A stretch of 64,000 nucleotides of DNA from an uncultured candidate division Zixibacteria bacterium. GTDB lineage: Bacteria; Zixibacteria; MSB-5A5; GN15; FEB-12. Where the stretch lies: the NCBI GenBank assembly GCA_963735035.1, contig CAVTJJ010000004.1:1216001-1280000 (forward strand), given 5' to 3'. The notes beneath the pieces were generated by a model. That model did no database searches, had not been told where the DNA came from, and saw only the letters and a program-made list of their open reading frames with translations. Shown here piece by piece: positions 31,401 to 40,981 of this stretch (position 1 is its first letter; every line of letters begins with the position of its first letter). Both the position numbers and the translations under genes were made by a program.

Positions 31401-34400
31401 TCGGCGGTACCTATGACGCCTATTCACGCACGGTCTGCGTTACGCCGACTACCTCTGGCGCGTACAATCTTAGCGTGACCGTGACTGATTCTTGCGGAGC
31501 GGTTGGCACCGATCAGATTATTATAAACGTGGTGGTTAATCAGCCACCGGTTATCGTCTATACGCCGGATGTTACGGTACACAAGCAATGCGAGCCGGAA
31601 ACGATCTGTCTGCCGATCGGTATTTCCGATCCTGACGGCAATCTCTCAGGGGTAAACGTCACCGGCGGCACCTATAACGCCCAGGCCGGAACGATCTGCA
31701 TCCTTCCGACCGGAGTCGGTACTTTCTGCGCCCAGGTCACCGCTACCGATAAATGTGGTCTGACGGCACAGCAGGAAGTTTGTGTCACCGTGGCCGAAGG
31801 CGATTTTGTGGACATTCAGTGTCCGCAGGGACCGATTGCGCCGATAGTGCTTTGCTCGGCCCAGACGGTGTGCGTCGACCTCCCGATAACCGGTACGAAT
31901 TTCACGATCCATCCCGCGGTCGGTACCTGGAGCGAAGGCCGGCTTTGCTTTGCCGCGGATTCATCCGGTACTTACAATATAAGAGTGGTGGCGTTGGCTC
32001 AGTGCAACGCCGATACCTGCACCGTCAGTGTGCCGGTGACTATCCTCCCGACCTTGAGCGTCACTTGTCCGGCCAACGATACTCAGTTCCTGTGCGCGGC
32101 GGACACGCTGTTCTATGCCTTCAGTTACGCTCCGCTATCGGCCGACGTATCGGTCAGCGCCCCGGCCTTCCTGAGCCAGGGTCAGATAGGAGTGCCGGTA
32201 CTTCAGGCGGGCACGCAGAATATCAAGATTACCGTAACCAATCAGTGCGGTACGGTGGATTGTTCCTTCAGCGTCACGGCGAACTTCAATACCGACCCGA
32301 TCGTCAACGCCGGAGCCGACAAGAGCTATACCGAATGCAATCTTCACGAAGTCTGCCTGCCGATCAGCATATCCGATCCCAACAACAATATCGTAACTCG
32401 AACCACGAATCTGGGCCGCCTCGTGAGCGATGTTCAGCTTTGCTTTACGCCGCCCAGTTACGGTATACACCGGATTATCCTAACGGCAGTAGATGCCTGT
32501 GGTAAGTCCGATGTCGATACAGTCGTTGTCACCTACACCGAGGGGGCTCGCGCGGCGATACAATGTCCTCAGGGCACCCAGTACGCATCGGTATGCGGCG
32601 TCGATACGGTCTTTATCCTGGCGCCGATTACGCCCTCGAACGCCACGATTACGATAACTCCTTCCGGATTCTACCGTCCGCAGACGGGCGAGATCGGTAT
32701 CCCGGTAACGCGCGGTGGAACGGTCGCAGTCACGATCATAGCTGCCTCGCAATGCGAGTCCGACACGTGCCGTTTCAATCTGGAAGTGGATATGGGTGTG
32801 CCGCCGGTTATCACCGCCCCGGCCAAGATCGATACGCTCCTATGTCTGGCCACGCCGGATACTCTGCGCGTGCCGGTGACTGCGAGCGGGACCGGGCTTC
32901 AGGTGAACGTCAACCCGAGCGGTTACTACGCCGCCGGATACGTCTACCTGCCGATATCGGCCGCTGGGAAGCAAGTATTCTCGGTCATAGCCTTTGGACG
33001 TTGCGGCGCAGATACTTCTCTGATCGAAGTGAACGTCCGAGCCAATCAGACGCCGGTGCTTACCTTGCCGGCCACAATGACTTTCGAGCGGTGCCCCGAT
33101 GACATAACCGAAATTTGTATCGGCGGTATCTTTGCGCGTGATATCGAGTCTCACGTGACTATTACCAAGGTTTGCGGCCCTGGAAGCTTCATCAGCCAGT
33201 CCGGTGACAGCGGCTCGGTTTGTTTCATGCCGACGACCTTTGGTCAGGTTCAATTCTGTTTCGAGGCGACCGACGGCTGCCATACGGTGGCGCAGACGTT
33301 GACGGTCAACGTGATCAGCAAGCCTGATTGTGATGTCTGTACGCGCCTGACCATCGATGGTGGCGTCGACACGCCGGTGGGTTTGCGCAAGAAGGTTGCT
33401 ATCAACATTCAGACCAACGATCCGGTGGGCGGTTTCGATATCCTCATCGGTTTCGACGAGTCGGCCCTGATATTCCAGATGGCCTCAATGGAAGGAGGCG
33501 ACGCCGAAAGCTGGGAGTATTTCACCTGGAACCAGCTCAGCCAGACCTGCAGCGGCTGCCCGAGCGCCCTGACACGCTTTATCGGGATTGCCGACCGGAA
33601 CAACGGCCCGGCGCACCCGCCGGATTCAGCGTATGTTCTGGACGGCACGCTTTTCGATATTGATTTTCAGGTCGTCAACGACCAGAACCTCGGTGACGTT
33701 TTCGTGCCGATCTCATTTGTCTGGACCGATTGTTCCGACAACGCCCTATCGGATAGGTCTGGCTCGCTGTTGTACATCGACAGCCGGATCTACAACCCCG
33801 AAGGCGTGCTTATGTGGGATGAGTTCGACAACACGTTGTTCCCCGAATCGAACCGACAGCTCGGCCTCGGCGCTCCCGATACGTGTGTGGTTGCCGGCTC
33901 CAAGACTCAGGCGCTTCGTTGTGGCGAGTTCCATAACGGCGGCATCAAGATCATTGCCCCTGAAAAGATCGATGATCGCGGAGATATCAATCTCAATAAG
34001 ATTGCCTACGAAATCGCAGATGCGGTAGTGTTTACCAACTACTTCATCAGCGGGCTCAGTGCTTTCACCATCAGCATCCCGGGCCAGATTGCCGCTACCG
34101 ATGTCAACGCCGACGGCGTGACGCTTTCGGTGGCTGATCTCGCCCTGCTCATCCGGGTTATCATCGGTGACTGCGAACCGATACCGAAGATGAGTCCCTA
34201 TGTCGACAACGCTGAGGTATTTACTACTCAGTCGGACGGTATGCTGCACATCGGTGCTCAGACCGGGCACGGCATCGGCGTAGCCTACTTCGTGTACGAC
34301 GTCGCTCCTGGTACCTCGATTGGTGAAGCGACGGGTCTGGCGGCCGCAAACGGAATGAAAGTGATCAGCTCCTTGCAGGACAACCAACTGCGCGTCCTGA

Positions 34401-34828
34401 TCTATGATATCGGAACCGCACGGGTCGAGGCAGGGACGCACGATCTGATAGAGATTCCGTTCTCCGGTGACGGTGTCCTGAAGCTGACTCATTCGGAGAT
34501 TGTCGATTACCAGAGCCGGCCGTATGTGTCTTTGGCGGCGGAAATTCTGCCAGACAACTACGAGTTGATGCAGAACTATCCCAACCCATTCAACCCGATT
34601 ACGACCATCAGCTTCGCGCTACCGACCTCCGCTGACTGGAACCTGAAGGTCTACAACATCAACGGCGCCATGGTCTGGGAGCAGACCGGCCATAGCAGCG
34701 GTGGGGTCGTGAATGTCACTTGGAACGGACGGAGCGTTAACGGCGAAGACGTCGCCTCCGGTGTGTACTTCTACCGTCTTGACGCCAATACCTATACAGA
34801 TACTCGGAAGATGATTCTTCTGAAGTAA
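25493..34828 (+). CDS. Giant secreted Cys-rich repeat protein (~3,111 aa) with cohesin-like, dockerin-like and T9SS type-A-like C-terminal domains
   Basis: GGAGG RBS, signal peptide, about 30 beta-rich ~85-aa modules with spaced Cys, GDIN/DVNADG EF-hand-like pair, and terminal QNYPNPFNP...SGVYFYRL...KMILLK. Confidence 0.85.
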   Translation: MTRRGLLLCLLTTLILLTVPNTSLFAQTGSYDPDWAPTITLPNDTSVVWCQANSICYQISGSDPDASDSIWMSLVSGPINFTPVLFGNQFTTTVCFQPEGSGVYAFIWRFVDRQNHVVIDTVTYTVELGAPPVINDQQFTAELCDLHAPRVLPLSYSSPGRAVAFELLSGPGTIDPLTGVITYQPDTSGVFAFNVAIQSDCGGDTALITDHLTLNMPPHCIGFDTTIYLCNVEKICYDVFASDPEGDPIQITMPEGAGTFVQLSDTSGQTCFTPRNLDSARYYFIFRAADSCVLHAGGQAGEPYCCVDTVVIDVVITQPGQIACPTDSTFKLCVPPETMPASICLPGFSSTWKNSALSFGTLKGDTLCFEADTLGTYTIRYVGSDTCGHADTCETKVKVEGNHVPYVTMAQDYSISLCTSEAICFAASADDLDFDLEGVSVNYGQFTQSSGTICFDVDTSGVYQIIMRAWDKCGADAVDTTLVTVLRHDPPTISLGEDRAIDLCEQQEICLDATVTGADEVKFFSTSSGAYYNQETGKVCFTPTQSGRYEVFLQALDNCERVVADTVVLNVTVGHAPTISSFPDSTIYLCYPREICLDLNIADQDNDIVSVKVNRGKYTNNQFCFIPYGEGDYPLIVTVTDNCGHIVIDTAHVTVKTDQGIKLVTPGDTTIFLCQPDTICFPIGGVPDGAKVTVKGIATFWDDATKSICFYSDCCLENKLTVSVTTDCGTYSKSFTVDVQTNSKPLVVLPKDTTIFQCQPATICLPVGMSDIDGNIASVSVTSGRYDAYDRTICLDQLQEGANTIGVTVTDSCGATSTDQIVVTLDMNDAPWVNSTLQDTVFRQCEFTEILVPIEYGDPNGPNVTITFDAGTKVAIDLNSGRRTGVYYLPTKYGDQCFHIFATDSCGLADTATVCISVVKPEPVVITCPEVINNTQCGPGSVCVDVPITGAFQTVTTNYGTWSNGKWCIDVTEPITGSLEIIATGECNTDTCSVPLNLIPVESPQLTCPANLDTLMCGPGTLVFDVPLLSAAGPGEMVVATAPATVEIIGRTAKVSVPVTSPGEQIITLTYDNPPCQPYTCSFTINARFNSAPILAIENISIESCSLSQICVPFAYSDVENNITSIWSETGPVSWSGGTGELCFTPATFGVHQLVLTAVDTCGAQFAAPFTVTINELPKVTIQCPELLTPLTYCGLGEHCIDLAIDGNPTSVTSNYGTWSNGKLCFSFDKTGRYDVQVIATGPCDADTCTIPVVINAPAEVTCSVPDTSVIMCQEIPTTVSVPVIITGDNLQYRVYPESYTYADGVVNVTFSQVGTYPVSVVAWNDCSRDSCEFVVNATLNAAPVLVLGEDFQVTQCGLQEICVPFTVSDPNGDLMELRASLGVINGNTVCFTPKDYGEYDITLTAIDRCDASVSDVIKVTVVEGTSVTLTCPSEPISSNIDLPGTVRVPIGVVPAGVPVTISPAGYYDAATGEAVVPIETEGTHQFTVTAQADCNADTCGFTLQIGQYVPPMVECVGAVDTLLCLSRPTDVCIPVSVHGTGVQVEVTPPAVFTGTAVCMNVTAPGTYVIDIVARTDRDSAKCQTVLTVTGGQPPVLRMPEALNYKLCAAGDICFDVVMQDAEFDITNINLNYGTYDAARGTICFAADTAGTYVINMTVADSCGNSTSGSTHVTVAFNAPPQVDLGDDAKVFGCVLSEVCVDAGIVTDDQVTVTTSLGTYNPATGKVCFLPTAPGNYEIIIEATDECGHKAADTLVITVDANDPPAIAPMRDTTIYLCYPQEICIDAPVTDPDGNVASITPSRGRYVDGRVCFIPYGQGDYQVILTAVDQCGATVKDTAIVTVKTDQNITITCPGDTTVFLCQPDTLCFPISGVPDGAAVKVKGIGAWWDAETKSVCFYSDCCLENTLTVSATTACGTYSCSFTVSVQTNSRPLVLLPRDTTIMQCQLASICLPVGISDIDGNIRNVTVVGGTYDAYSRTVCVTPTTSGAYNLSVTVTDSCGAVGTDQIIINVVVNQPPVIVYTPDVTVHKQCEPETICLPIGISDPDGNLSGVNVTGGTYNAQAGTICILPTGVGTFCAQVTATDKCGLTAQQEVCVTVAEGDFVDIQCPQGPIAPIVLCSAQTVCVDLPITGTNFTIHPAVGTWSEGRLCFAADSSGTYNIRVVALAQCNADTCTVSVPVTILPTLSVTCPANDTQFLCAADTLFYAFSYAPLSADVSVSAPAFLSQGQIGVPVLQAGTQNIKITVTNQCGTVDCSFSVTANFNTDPIVNAGADKSYTECNLHEVCLPISISDPNNNIVTRTTNLGRLVSDVQLCFTPPSYGIHRIILTAVDACGKSDVDTVVVTYTEGARAAIQCPQGTQYASVCGVDTVFILAPITPSNATITITPSGFYRPQTGEIGIPVTRGGTVAVTIIAASQCESDTCRFNLEVDMGVPPVITAPAKIDTLLCLATPDTLRVPVTASGTGLQVNVNPSGYYAAGYVYLPISAAGKQVFSVIAFGRCGADTSLIEVNVRANQTPVLTLPATMTFERCPDDITEICIGGIFARDIESHVTITKVCGPGSFISQSGDSGSVCFMPTTFGQVQFCFEATDGCHTVAQTLTVNVISKPDCDVCTRLTIDGGVDTPVGLRKKVAINIQTNDPVGGFDILIGFDESALIFQMASMEGGDAESWEYFTWNQLSQTCSGCPSALTRFIGIADRNNGPAHPPDSAYVLDGTLFDIDFQVVNDQNLGDVFVPISFVWTDCSDNALSDRSGSLLYIDSRIYNPEGVLMWDEFDNTLFPESNRQLGLGAPDTCVVAGSKTQALRCGEFHNGGIKIIAPEKIDDRGDINLNKIAYEIADAVVFTNYFISGLSAFTISIPGQIAATDVNADGVTLSVADLALLIRVIIGDCEPIPKMSPYVDNAEVFTTQSDGMLHIGAQTGHGIGVAYFVYDVAPGTSIGEATGLAAANGMKVISSLQDNQLRVLIYDIGTARVEAGTHDLIEIPFSGDGVLKLTHSEIVDYQSRPYVSLAAEILPDNYELMQNYPNPFNPITTISFALPTSADWNLKVYNINGAMVWEQTGHSSGGVVNVTWNGRSVNGEDVASGVYFYRLDANTYTDTRKMILLK
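26696..33043 (+). repeat. Higher-order intragenic duplication (two multi-module blocks, offset 3,564 nt)
   Basis: CFYSDCCLEN is encoded at 27617 and 31181. TIYLCYPxEIC and PxDTTIxQCQ modules recur in the same order. Confidence 0.85.
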
Positions 34829-34847
34829 TTCGTTCTCATCTTTCCTC

Positions 34848-34887
34848 GAAAAGCGTTCGTGTCTCGGCAGTGGCACGAACGCTTTTC
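34848..34887. terminator. Bidirectional intrinsic terminator between the giant gene and rlmH
   Basis: GAAAAGCGTTCGTGTC-N8-GGCACGAACGCTTTTC inverted repeat between convergent genes. Confidence 0.8.
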
Positions 34888-35358
34888 TTATTTGTGGTAA
34901 GATGTGCCGTGCAGAATCGAATACGCTCGATAGAGCTGTTCCAGCAGAATCAGTCTTGTCAATTGATGCGAGAAGGTGAGAGGGGAAAGCGACCAGAGCC
35001 AGTCCGCCCGCTTCAAGATTTTCGGATCGAGGCCGAACGCTCCGCCGATCACAAACGAAACCGGACCGCGCGCTTCCACTTCGGTCTTCTGCAGGCGCTT
35101 CGCCGCTGCCTGAGAATCGAGTATCTGGCCGCGCTCGTGCAAGGCTACCAGGTAGCCGGGGCCGATTGCCTTTTCGAGCCGCTCGCCTTCGGCCGCCTTG
35201 GTTTCGTCCGGCGAGAGCGAGCCACTGTTCTTGAGGGAGGGGAGAAGCAGAGACTCGATCCGGGCATAACGGGACAGCAGCTTCCGATAGTGCTCACACC
35301 CGTCGCTGATCCACGGGTCCTTGTCTTTGCCGATGGAAATGATCCTGATATTAAGCAA
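34888..35358 (-). CDS. rlmH: 23S rRNA pseudouridine1915 N3-methyltransferase
   Basis: FVIGGAFG, SLSPLTFSHQLTRLILLEQLYRA, YHK terminus. Confidence 0.95.
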   Translation of the reverse strand: MLNIRIISIGKDKDPWISDGCEHYRKLLSRYARIESLLLPSLKNSGSLSPDETKAAEGERLEKAIGPGYLVALHERGQILDSQAAAKRLQKTEVEARGPVSFVIGGAFGLDPKILKRADWLWSLSPLTFSHQLTRLILLEQLYRAYSILHGTSYHK

Positions 35359-35748
35359 GGCGTCCTACCTTGACGATCAACTGGCGCTTGCGGGGACCGT
35401 CGAACTCGCAGAAGTATACTCCCTGCCACCGTCCCAGTACGATTCGTCCCTTTTGCACCAGAAGTTGAAGTGAGCAGCCCATGAGTGAGGCTTTCAAATG
35501 GGCGTCGGAATTCCCTTCGGCGTGATGATAGCCGTCCTGTTGCGGAATTTCCCGACGGAGCTTATCTAGAATGTCCCTTCGGACATCCGGATCGGCCGCC
35601 TCGTTGACAGTTATTCCGGCCGTAGTGTGGGGGACAAAACAGACGACCACGCCTTCGTCGACACCCGATTCTTGGACTGCTTCTTCAATCAGGGGCGTAA
35701 CGTCGATGAATTCTTCACGCTGAGAGCTTGCTACACTCAGAGTCTTCA

Positions 35749-35749
<1 letters not shown>
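35351..35749 (-). CDS. yjbQ: YjbQ/UPF0047 family protein
   Basis: HTTAGITVNE, EGNSDAHLK, LGRWQGVYFCEFDGPR. ATG 35749 overlaps the ftsY stop. Confidence 0.9.
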
Positions 35750-36663
<914 letters not shown>

Positions 36664-36683
36664 GAAGGGCGTTCCGCTAAGGA

Positions 36684-39600
36684 CTAGGTGTCGCTGTCAG
36701 GGTTTATTGTTACCGTAGAACCGAGCCGATCACGAATCGCCTCAGGCAAGTCGACGGTTGTCTCGTTGGCCACCGCCTCCGGCAGAGTCTCCGGGAGCGC
36801 CTCGGCTTCCACCGTGACCAGTTCGCCGGTGCCGTCCGACTGACGGGCAAACTTCACCGCTACCAGCTTTGAAACGCCGGGACGTTCCATCGTGATGCCG
36901 TAGAGGTTATCCGACGCTTCCATCGTGATCTTGTTGTGAGTGATCGTGATGAACTGCGTTTGCCGCGAGAAGTTCTTTATGATCTTCAGGAAGCGCTGGC
37001 AGTTGGCGTCATCCAGCGGGGCGTCGATTTCGTCCAGGATGCAGAACGGCGACGGCTTGACCAGATAGAGGGAAAACAAAAGCGAAATAGCCGTGAGCGC
37101 GCGTTCGCCGCCGGAAAGCATCGTGATCGGTAGCAGCTTCTTGCCGCCGGGGCGGGCAATAATCTCGATATCGGATTCCAACGGATCGTCCGGTGTGACC
37201 AGACTGATGCGGGCTTCGCCGCCCGCAAAGAGATCCACAAACAATTGACTGAAGTTGTGACTGACCTTATCGAAGGTCTCGGTGAAGAGTTGACGAGCCG
37301 TCTTGTTGATCTTGGTAATGGTCGCCTTCAGATCGTTCTTGGCGACGGTCAGATCGTTCAACTGCGTGGCCAGGAATTTCTCCCGCTCCGCCGTGACTTC
37401 GTATTCTTCGAGAGCGAGAAGGTTGACCGCACCAAAAGTCTTCAGTTTCTCGCGAAGGTCAGCAATCAACGCCGGCGCCTGTTCGTCAGTGATATCATCC
37501 TTGGGGCGCTCGACTCCCAAAGTAGTGACGTCAATGTCGTATTCCGCCCTGAGACGCTCTATCAATGCTTCCAGAGCCGACCCGACCGCGGTGAGTCGAA
37601 CTTCCGCCTTGTGGAGCTGTTCGGCGACCGTCTCGCGTTCCTGACGGAGCTTCTTGACATTCGCCTCGTGCTCGGCCGCACGATTCATTACCTCGGCCTG
37701 CTGGGCGTGAAGACCTTCCTGGGCGCGAGTTTGTTCATCACGTTTCTCGAACGACTGTTTCAGGCCCTGCTCCATCGAAGCCAGAGTCGTCTCGGCCAGT
37801 TCGATTTCTTTCTGAGCCTGTTCCAGTTCCGCCGATTCGGCCAGACGGTTCTGCTCGATTTCGGCAATCAATTGACTCAGATGACCGATCTGGTGCTGGG
37901 ATTGCTCCACGCGGCTGCGCGCTTCAATCGAGGCGACCTGAAGGTGCGAAACCTCCGACGCCGCGCCGCTCGCCCGCTGCTCCAACTCCTGGAGGTGCGT
38001 GCTGGACTGATCGATACTTGCGACGAGGCTGGTTTTCTGGGTAGCCAGGTCGTGTGCGTCCAGCCCCAGAGAGTACTGGCGGCCGCGCATGTTTTCAATT
38101 CGGGTCAGAAGATTCTGCTTCTCGCGATTGAGCCGCTCAAGTTCGGTGCTCAGGGCGCGGGCGGCGTACTCGGCCTCGGTCACCCGGTGCTGCTGCTCTT
38201 CGATCTCCTGGAACGTATCATCGAGTCTGGAGGTGAGCTGTTCGGCCTCGGCGCGAAGCGCCGCGAGTGTGGCGGTGTTGTGATTCTTGTCGGCCGTGGT
38301 ACTTTCGATCTTCTCTTGAAGCAGTTCGATCTCCCTGGCCTGGTCGGCGACCCGCTCTTTGCGTCGGAACAGGGGGAAGACATCGTCGGAACCGCCGGAG
38401 ATTAGATTCTTCTGATAAAGCACGCCGTCGGTCGAGACCGCCCCAAACCCGTAGGGGAGACGCTCTAGAATCTGATCGACGTTGGCCGATTTATCGAACA
38501 CTACCATGCGCGAGAGGACGGCTTCCTTCAGCGGGCGCAACGATTCATCCGTGGTGACCAGATTATCCAGCCAGCCCAGGACGCCGGGCATATCGAGTTC
38601 CGGTCGTTTGACTCCGGGGGTGATTGTGCCGCTGCGGAGAACCAGGATGCCGACTCTGCCCTTACCCTGAGACTTCAAATAGGCAATGATATCTTCGGCC
38701 TGCGCCCGGTCGTGGCAGATCAAATATTTAGCCATTTCGCCGAGTGCGGCCTGAAGAACCGTTTCCATGCCTTCGACGGGGACGAACGTATCGGCCACGG
38801 TGCCTGCTAACTGAGGCCAGCGCTCGCGGGCGCTCATGGCGGCCACTACGCCGGACTCGTACCCTTCGTAGTGAAGCATCATGTCCTGAAGCAGGTTGCG
38901 GCGCGCCTCGCAGGCTTCCAGCGACGCTTTCAGGTTCGATATCTGCAGGGCGATTTCTTCACCGCGCTCGATACCGTCTTCGATTTGTGCAACAATCTCT
39001 TTGCGTCGTGTCTCTATCTCGGTGCGGGTGCGTACGGTTTGTGCCAGTTGATCACGGAGCTGTTCGGCCTGCTCGATGACTTCTTTCTGACGCGGCATAC
39101 TAGTGGCAATTGTCTCTTCCACCTGCCGCACCGTAGTGGCCAGTTCATCGGTCTGCACTCGCAGAGAGCTTTCCTCGGTCATACCCGACGACAACCGTCC
39201 TTCGAGCTCCAGCAGTCGGCGGTGTTCTGTCTCGCGGGCGGTGCGAGCGGCCAGAAGCATCTGATCGGCTTCCGCCTGGCGCGTCTGTGCCTGAACCAGT
39301 TCCTCGTTCAATGCCTGTAGATGATTTCGGCGTTCGGCGAGTTGCTGCTCGATAGATACCAATTCCCTCTGCAACTCGACCGTGCGAACATTGAAGCCCT
39401 CGATGTCCGAGCGATTTCTCGCAATCAATTGACGGGCATTGGCCTTCTTTTCATTCAGGACGGAGATTTCGCGCTCGAGACGGTGCGCTTCTTCGGATAT
39501 GGCGTAGATTTCGTTTCCGATTGCAGTCAGTCGCTGCTCGATATCAATCTGATCTTTGCGATCGGATTCGAGCTGCGCGGACGCCAGGTCGAGCGCGGAG

Positions 39601-40376
39601 CCGCGTCCCGACTTTTGATCGGTCAGCGCGTCGTACTCGGCCTGAAGTTCGCGTTTCTCCTGCTGCAGTTCGCGGAATCGGGTGGCACCGAGGTAGAGCT
39701 CCCATCCCCGGATCTGATCCGACAGCGACTGGTAACGCTCCGCCTTCTTGTGCTGTCGATAGAGCGAATTGACCCGTGTTTTAACCTCGGCGTAGATATC
39801 TTTGAGGCGGAGGAAATCGTTCTCGGTCGCTTCGAGTTTCCGGAGAGCCGCCTTACGCCGCTGTTTGTATTTGGTGATCCCGGCAGCCTCTTCGAACAGG
39901 AAACGGCGTTCCTCGGCTTTGTCCGAGATAACCGAGTCGATCATGTGCTGTTGAATGACCGAATACGAATGTGCCCCCAGACCGGTGTCTACGAACAGAT
40001 CGATAATGTCCTTGAGGCGACAGGGGACCTTGTTCAGCAGATACTCTGATTCACCGCTGCGGAATAATCTCCGGGTGAGCTGAAGCTCATGGTATTCGGT
40101 GGGGAGGACGCCGTTGTTGTTGATGATGGTCAGAGTGACTTCGGCCATGCCGAGCGGCTTGAGATCGGCGGTGCCGTTGAAGATGACCTCTTCCATCTTG
40201 CCGCCACGCAAGAGGGTCGGCTTCTGCTCGCCCAGCACCCAGCGAAGAGCATCGAGAATGTTCGTCTTGCCGCAGCCGTTCGGGCCGACGATAGATGTCA
40301 ATCCGGTGGAGAACTTGACGAGGGTTTTGGTCGGAAAAGACTTAAAGCCGAGAATTTCCAATTGCCTGAGATGCAC
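36684..40376 (-). CDS. smc: Chromosome segregation protein SMC
   Basis: GPNGCGKTN Walker A, long coiled coils with hinge, LSGGE, LDEIDAPLD. GTG 40376 follows GGAGG. Confidence 0.96.
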   Translation of the reverse strand: MHLRQLEILGFKSFPTKTLVKFSTGLTSIVGPNGCGKTNILDALRWVLGEQKPTLLRGGKMEEVIFNGTADLKPLGMAEVTLTIINNNGVLPTEYHELQLTRRLFRSGESEYLLNKVPCRLKDIIDLFVDTGLGAHSYSVIQQHMIDSVISDKAEERRFLFEEAAGITKYKQRRKAALRKLEATENDFLRLKDIYAEVKTRVNSLYRQHKKAERYQSLSDQIRGWELYLGATRFRELQQEKRELQAEYDALTDQKSGRGSALDLASAQLESDRKDQIDIEQRLTAIGNEIYAISEEAHRLEREISVLNEKKANARQLIARNRSDIEGFNVRTVELQRELVSIEQQLAERRNHLQALNEELVQAQTRQAEADQMLLAARTARETEHRRLLELEGRLSSGMTEESSLRVQTDELATTVRQVEETIATSMPRQKEVIEQAEQLRDQLAQTVRTRTEIETRRKEIVAQIEDGIERGEEIALQISNLKASLEACEARRNLLQDMMLHYEGYESGVVAAMSARERWPQLAGTVADTFVPVEGMETVLQAALGEMAKYLICHDRAQAEDIIAYLKSQGKGRVGILVLRSGTITPGVKRPELDMPGVLGWLDNLVTTDESLRPLKEAVLSRMVVFDKSANVDQILERLPYGFGAVSTDGVLYQKNLISGGSDDVFPLFRRKERVADQAREIELLQEKIESTTADKNHNTATLAALRAEAEQLTSRLDDTFQEIEEQQHRVTEAEYAARALSTELERLNREKQNLLTRIENMRGRQYSLGLDAHDLATQKTSLVASIDQSSTHLQELEQRASGAASEVSHLQVASIEARSRVEQSQHQIGHLSQLIAEIEQNRLAESAELEQAQKEIELAETTLASMEQGLKQSFEKRDEQTRAQEGLHAQQAEVMNRAAEHEANVKKLRQERETVAEQLHKAEVRLTAVGSALEALIERLRAEYDIDVTTLGVERPKDDITDEQAPALIADLREKLKTFGAVNLLALEEYEVTAEREKFLATQLNDLTVAKNDLKATITKINKTARQLFTETFDKVSHNFSQLFVDLFAGGEARISLVTPDDPLESDIEIIARPGGKKLLPITMLSGGERALTAISLLFSLYLVKPSPFCILDEIDAPLDDANCQRFLKIIKNFSRQTQFITITHNKITMEASDNLYGITMERPGVSKLVAVKFARQSDGTGELVTVEAEALPETLPEAVANETTVDLPEAIRDRLGSTVTINPDSDT

Positions 40377-40390
40377 GCAGCCTCCGATGC

Positions 40391-40969
40391 CTAGTACGCC
40401 GTGACCGGGCTTAGCCCGTCCACCGGCTTCTTCATGACCGCCGCCAGCGTAGCCAGCAGGGAACGATAGATATTGCGCTCGTCCCGAAGATACTTGGTCT
40501 TGATCTCCAGGTTGTAGAAAGGACACCCAAGGTGATTGCCCCGCCCGATCCGGATCGCATCCGGGAACTTGAGAAGGACGGTCGAGGTGAAACTCGACGC
40601 CTCCAGGTTCAAATCGAGGATGGCATCGAACTTGTACTGCCCGAGCATTTCCAGGTAGGTCTTCTTGGGCAGCCCCGTCCAGGTTACCTGGTCGAGCGAC
40701 GGAGTCAGAATCTGAAATCCCTTTCGGGGGTAAATGTCATAGACTTTGATGCCGGGGAGAGTCAGGAGCGTAATGTCGGCCGGTTTGAACAGGTGTGCGA
40801 TAACCGGCAAGAGTTGCTTTACCATGGTCAGTTCGCGGAGACCGCCCGGCAGACATATCAGGAGATGCCGGGGACGCAGGAGATCGTCCGGGATGGACAA
40901 TTGGCGACCTGTCACCCGTTTCTTAAGGTAGCTGATCTGTGCCCTGGCTATAAAGTCTCTGAAACCCAT
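40391..40969 (-). CDS. Hypothetical protein resembling the N-terminal half of a GT9 heptosyltransferase
   Basis: LLICLPGGLRELTMVKQLLPVI...ADITLL and YKFDAILDL resemble GT9 N-domain patterns. Only 192 aa. Confidence 0.55.
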   Translation of the reverse strand: MGFRDFIARAQISYLKKRVTGRQLSIPDDLLRPRHLLICLPGGLRELTMVKQLLPVIAHLFKPADITLLTLPGIKVYDIYPRKGFQILTPSLDQVTWTGLPKKTYLEMLGQYKFDAILDLNLEASSFTSTVLLKFPDAIRIGRGNHLGCPFYNLEIKTKYLRDERNIYRSLLATLAAVMKKPVDGLSPVTAY

Positions 40970-40981
40970 GGTTACTTTCTT

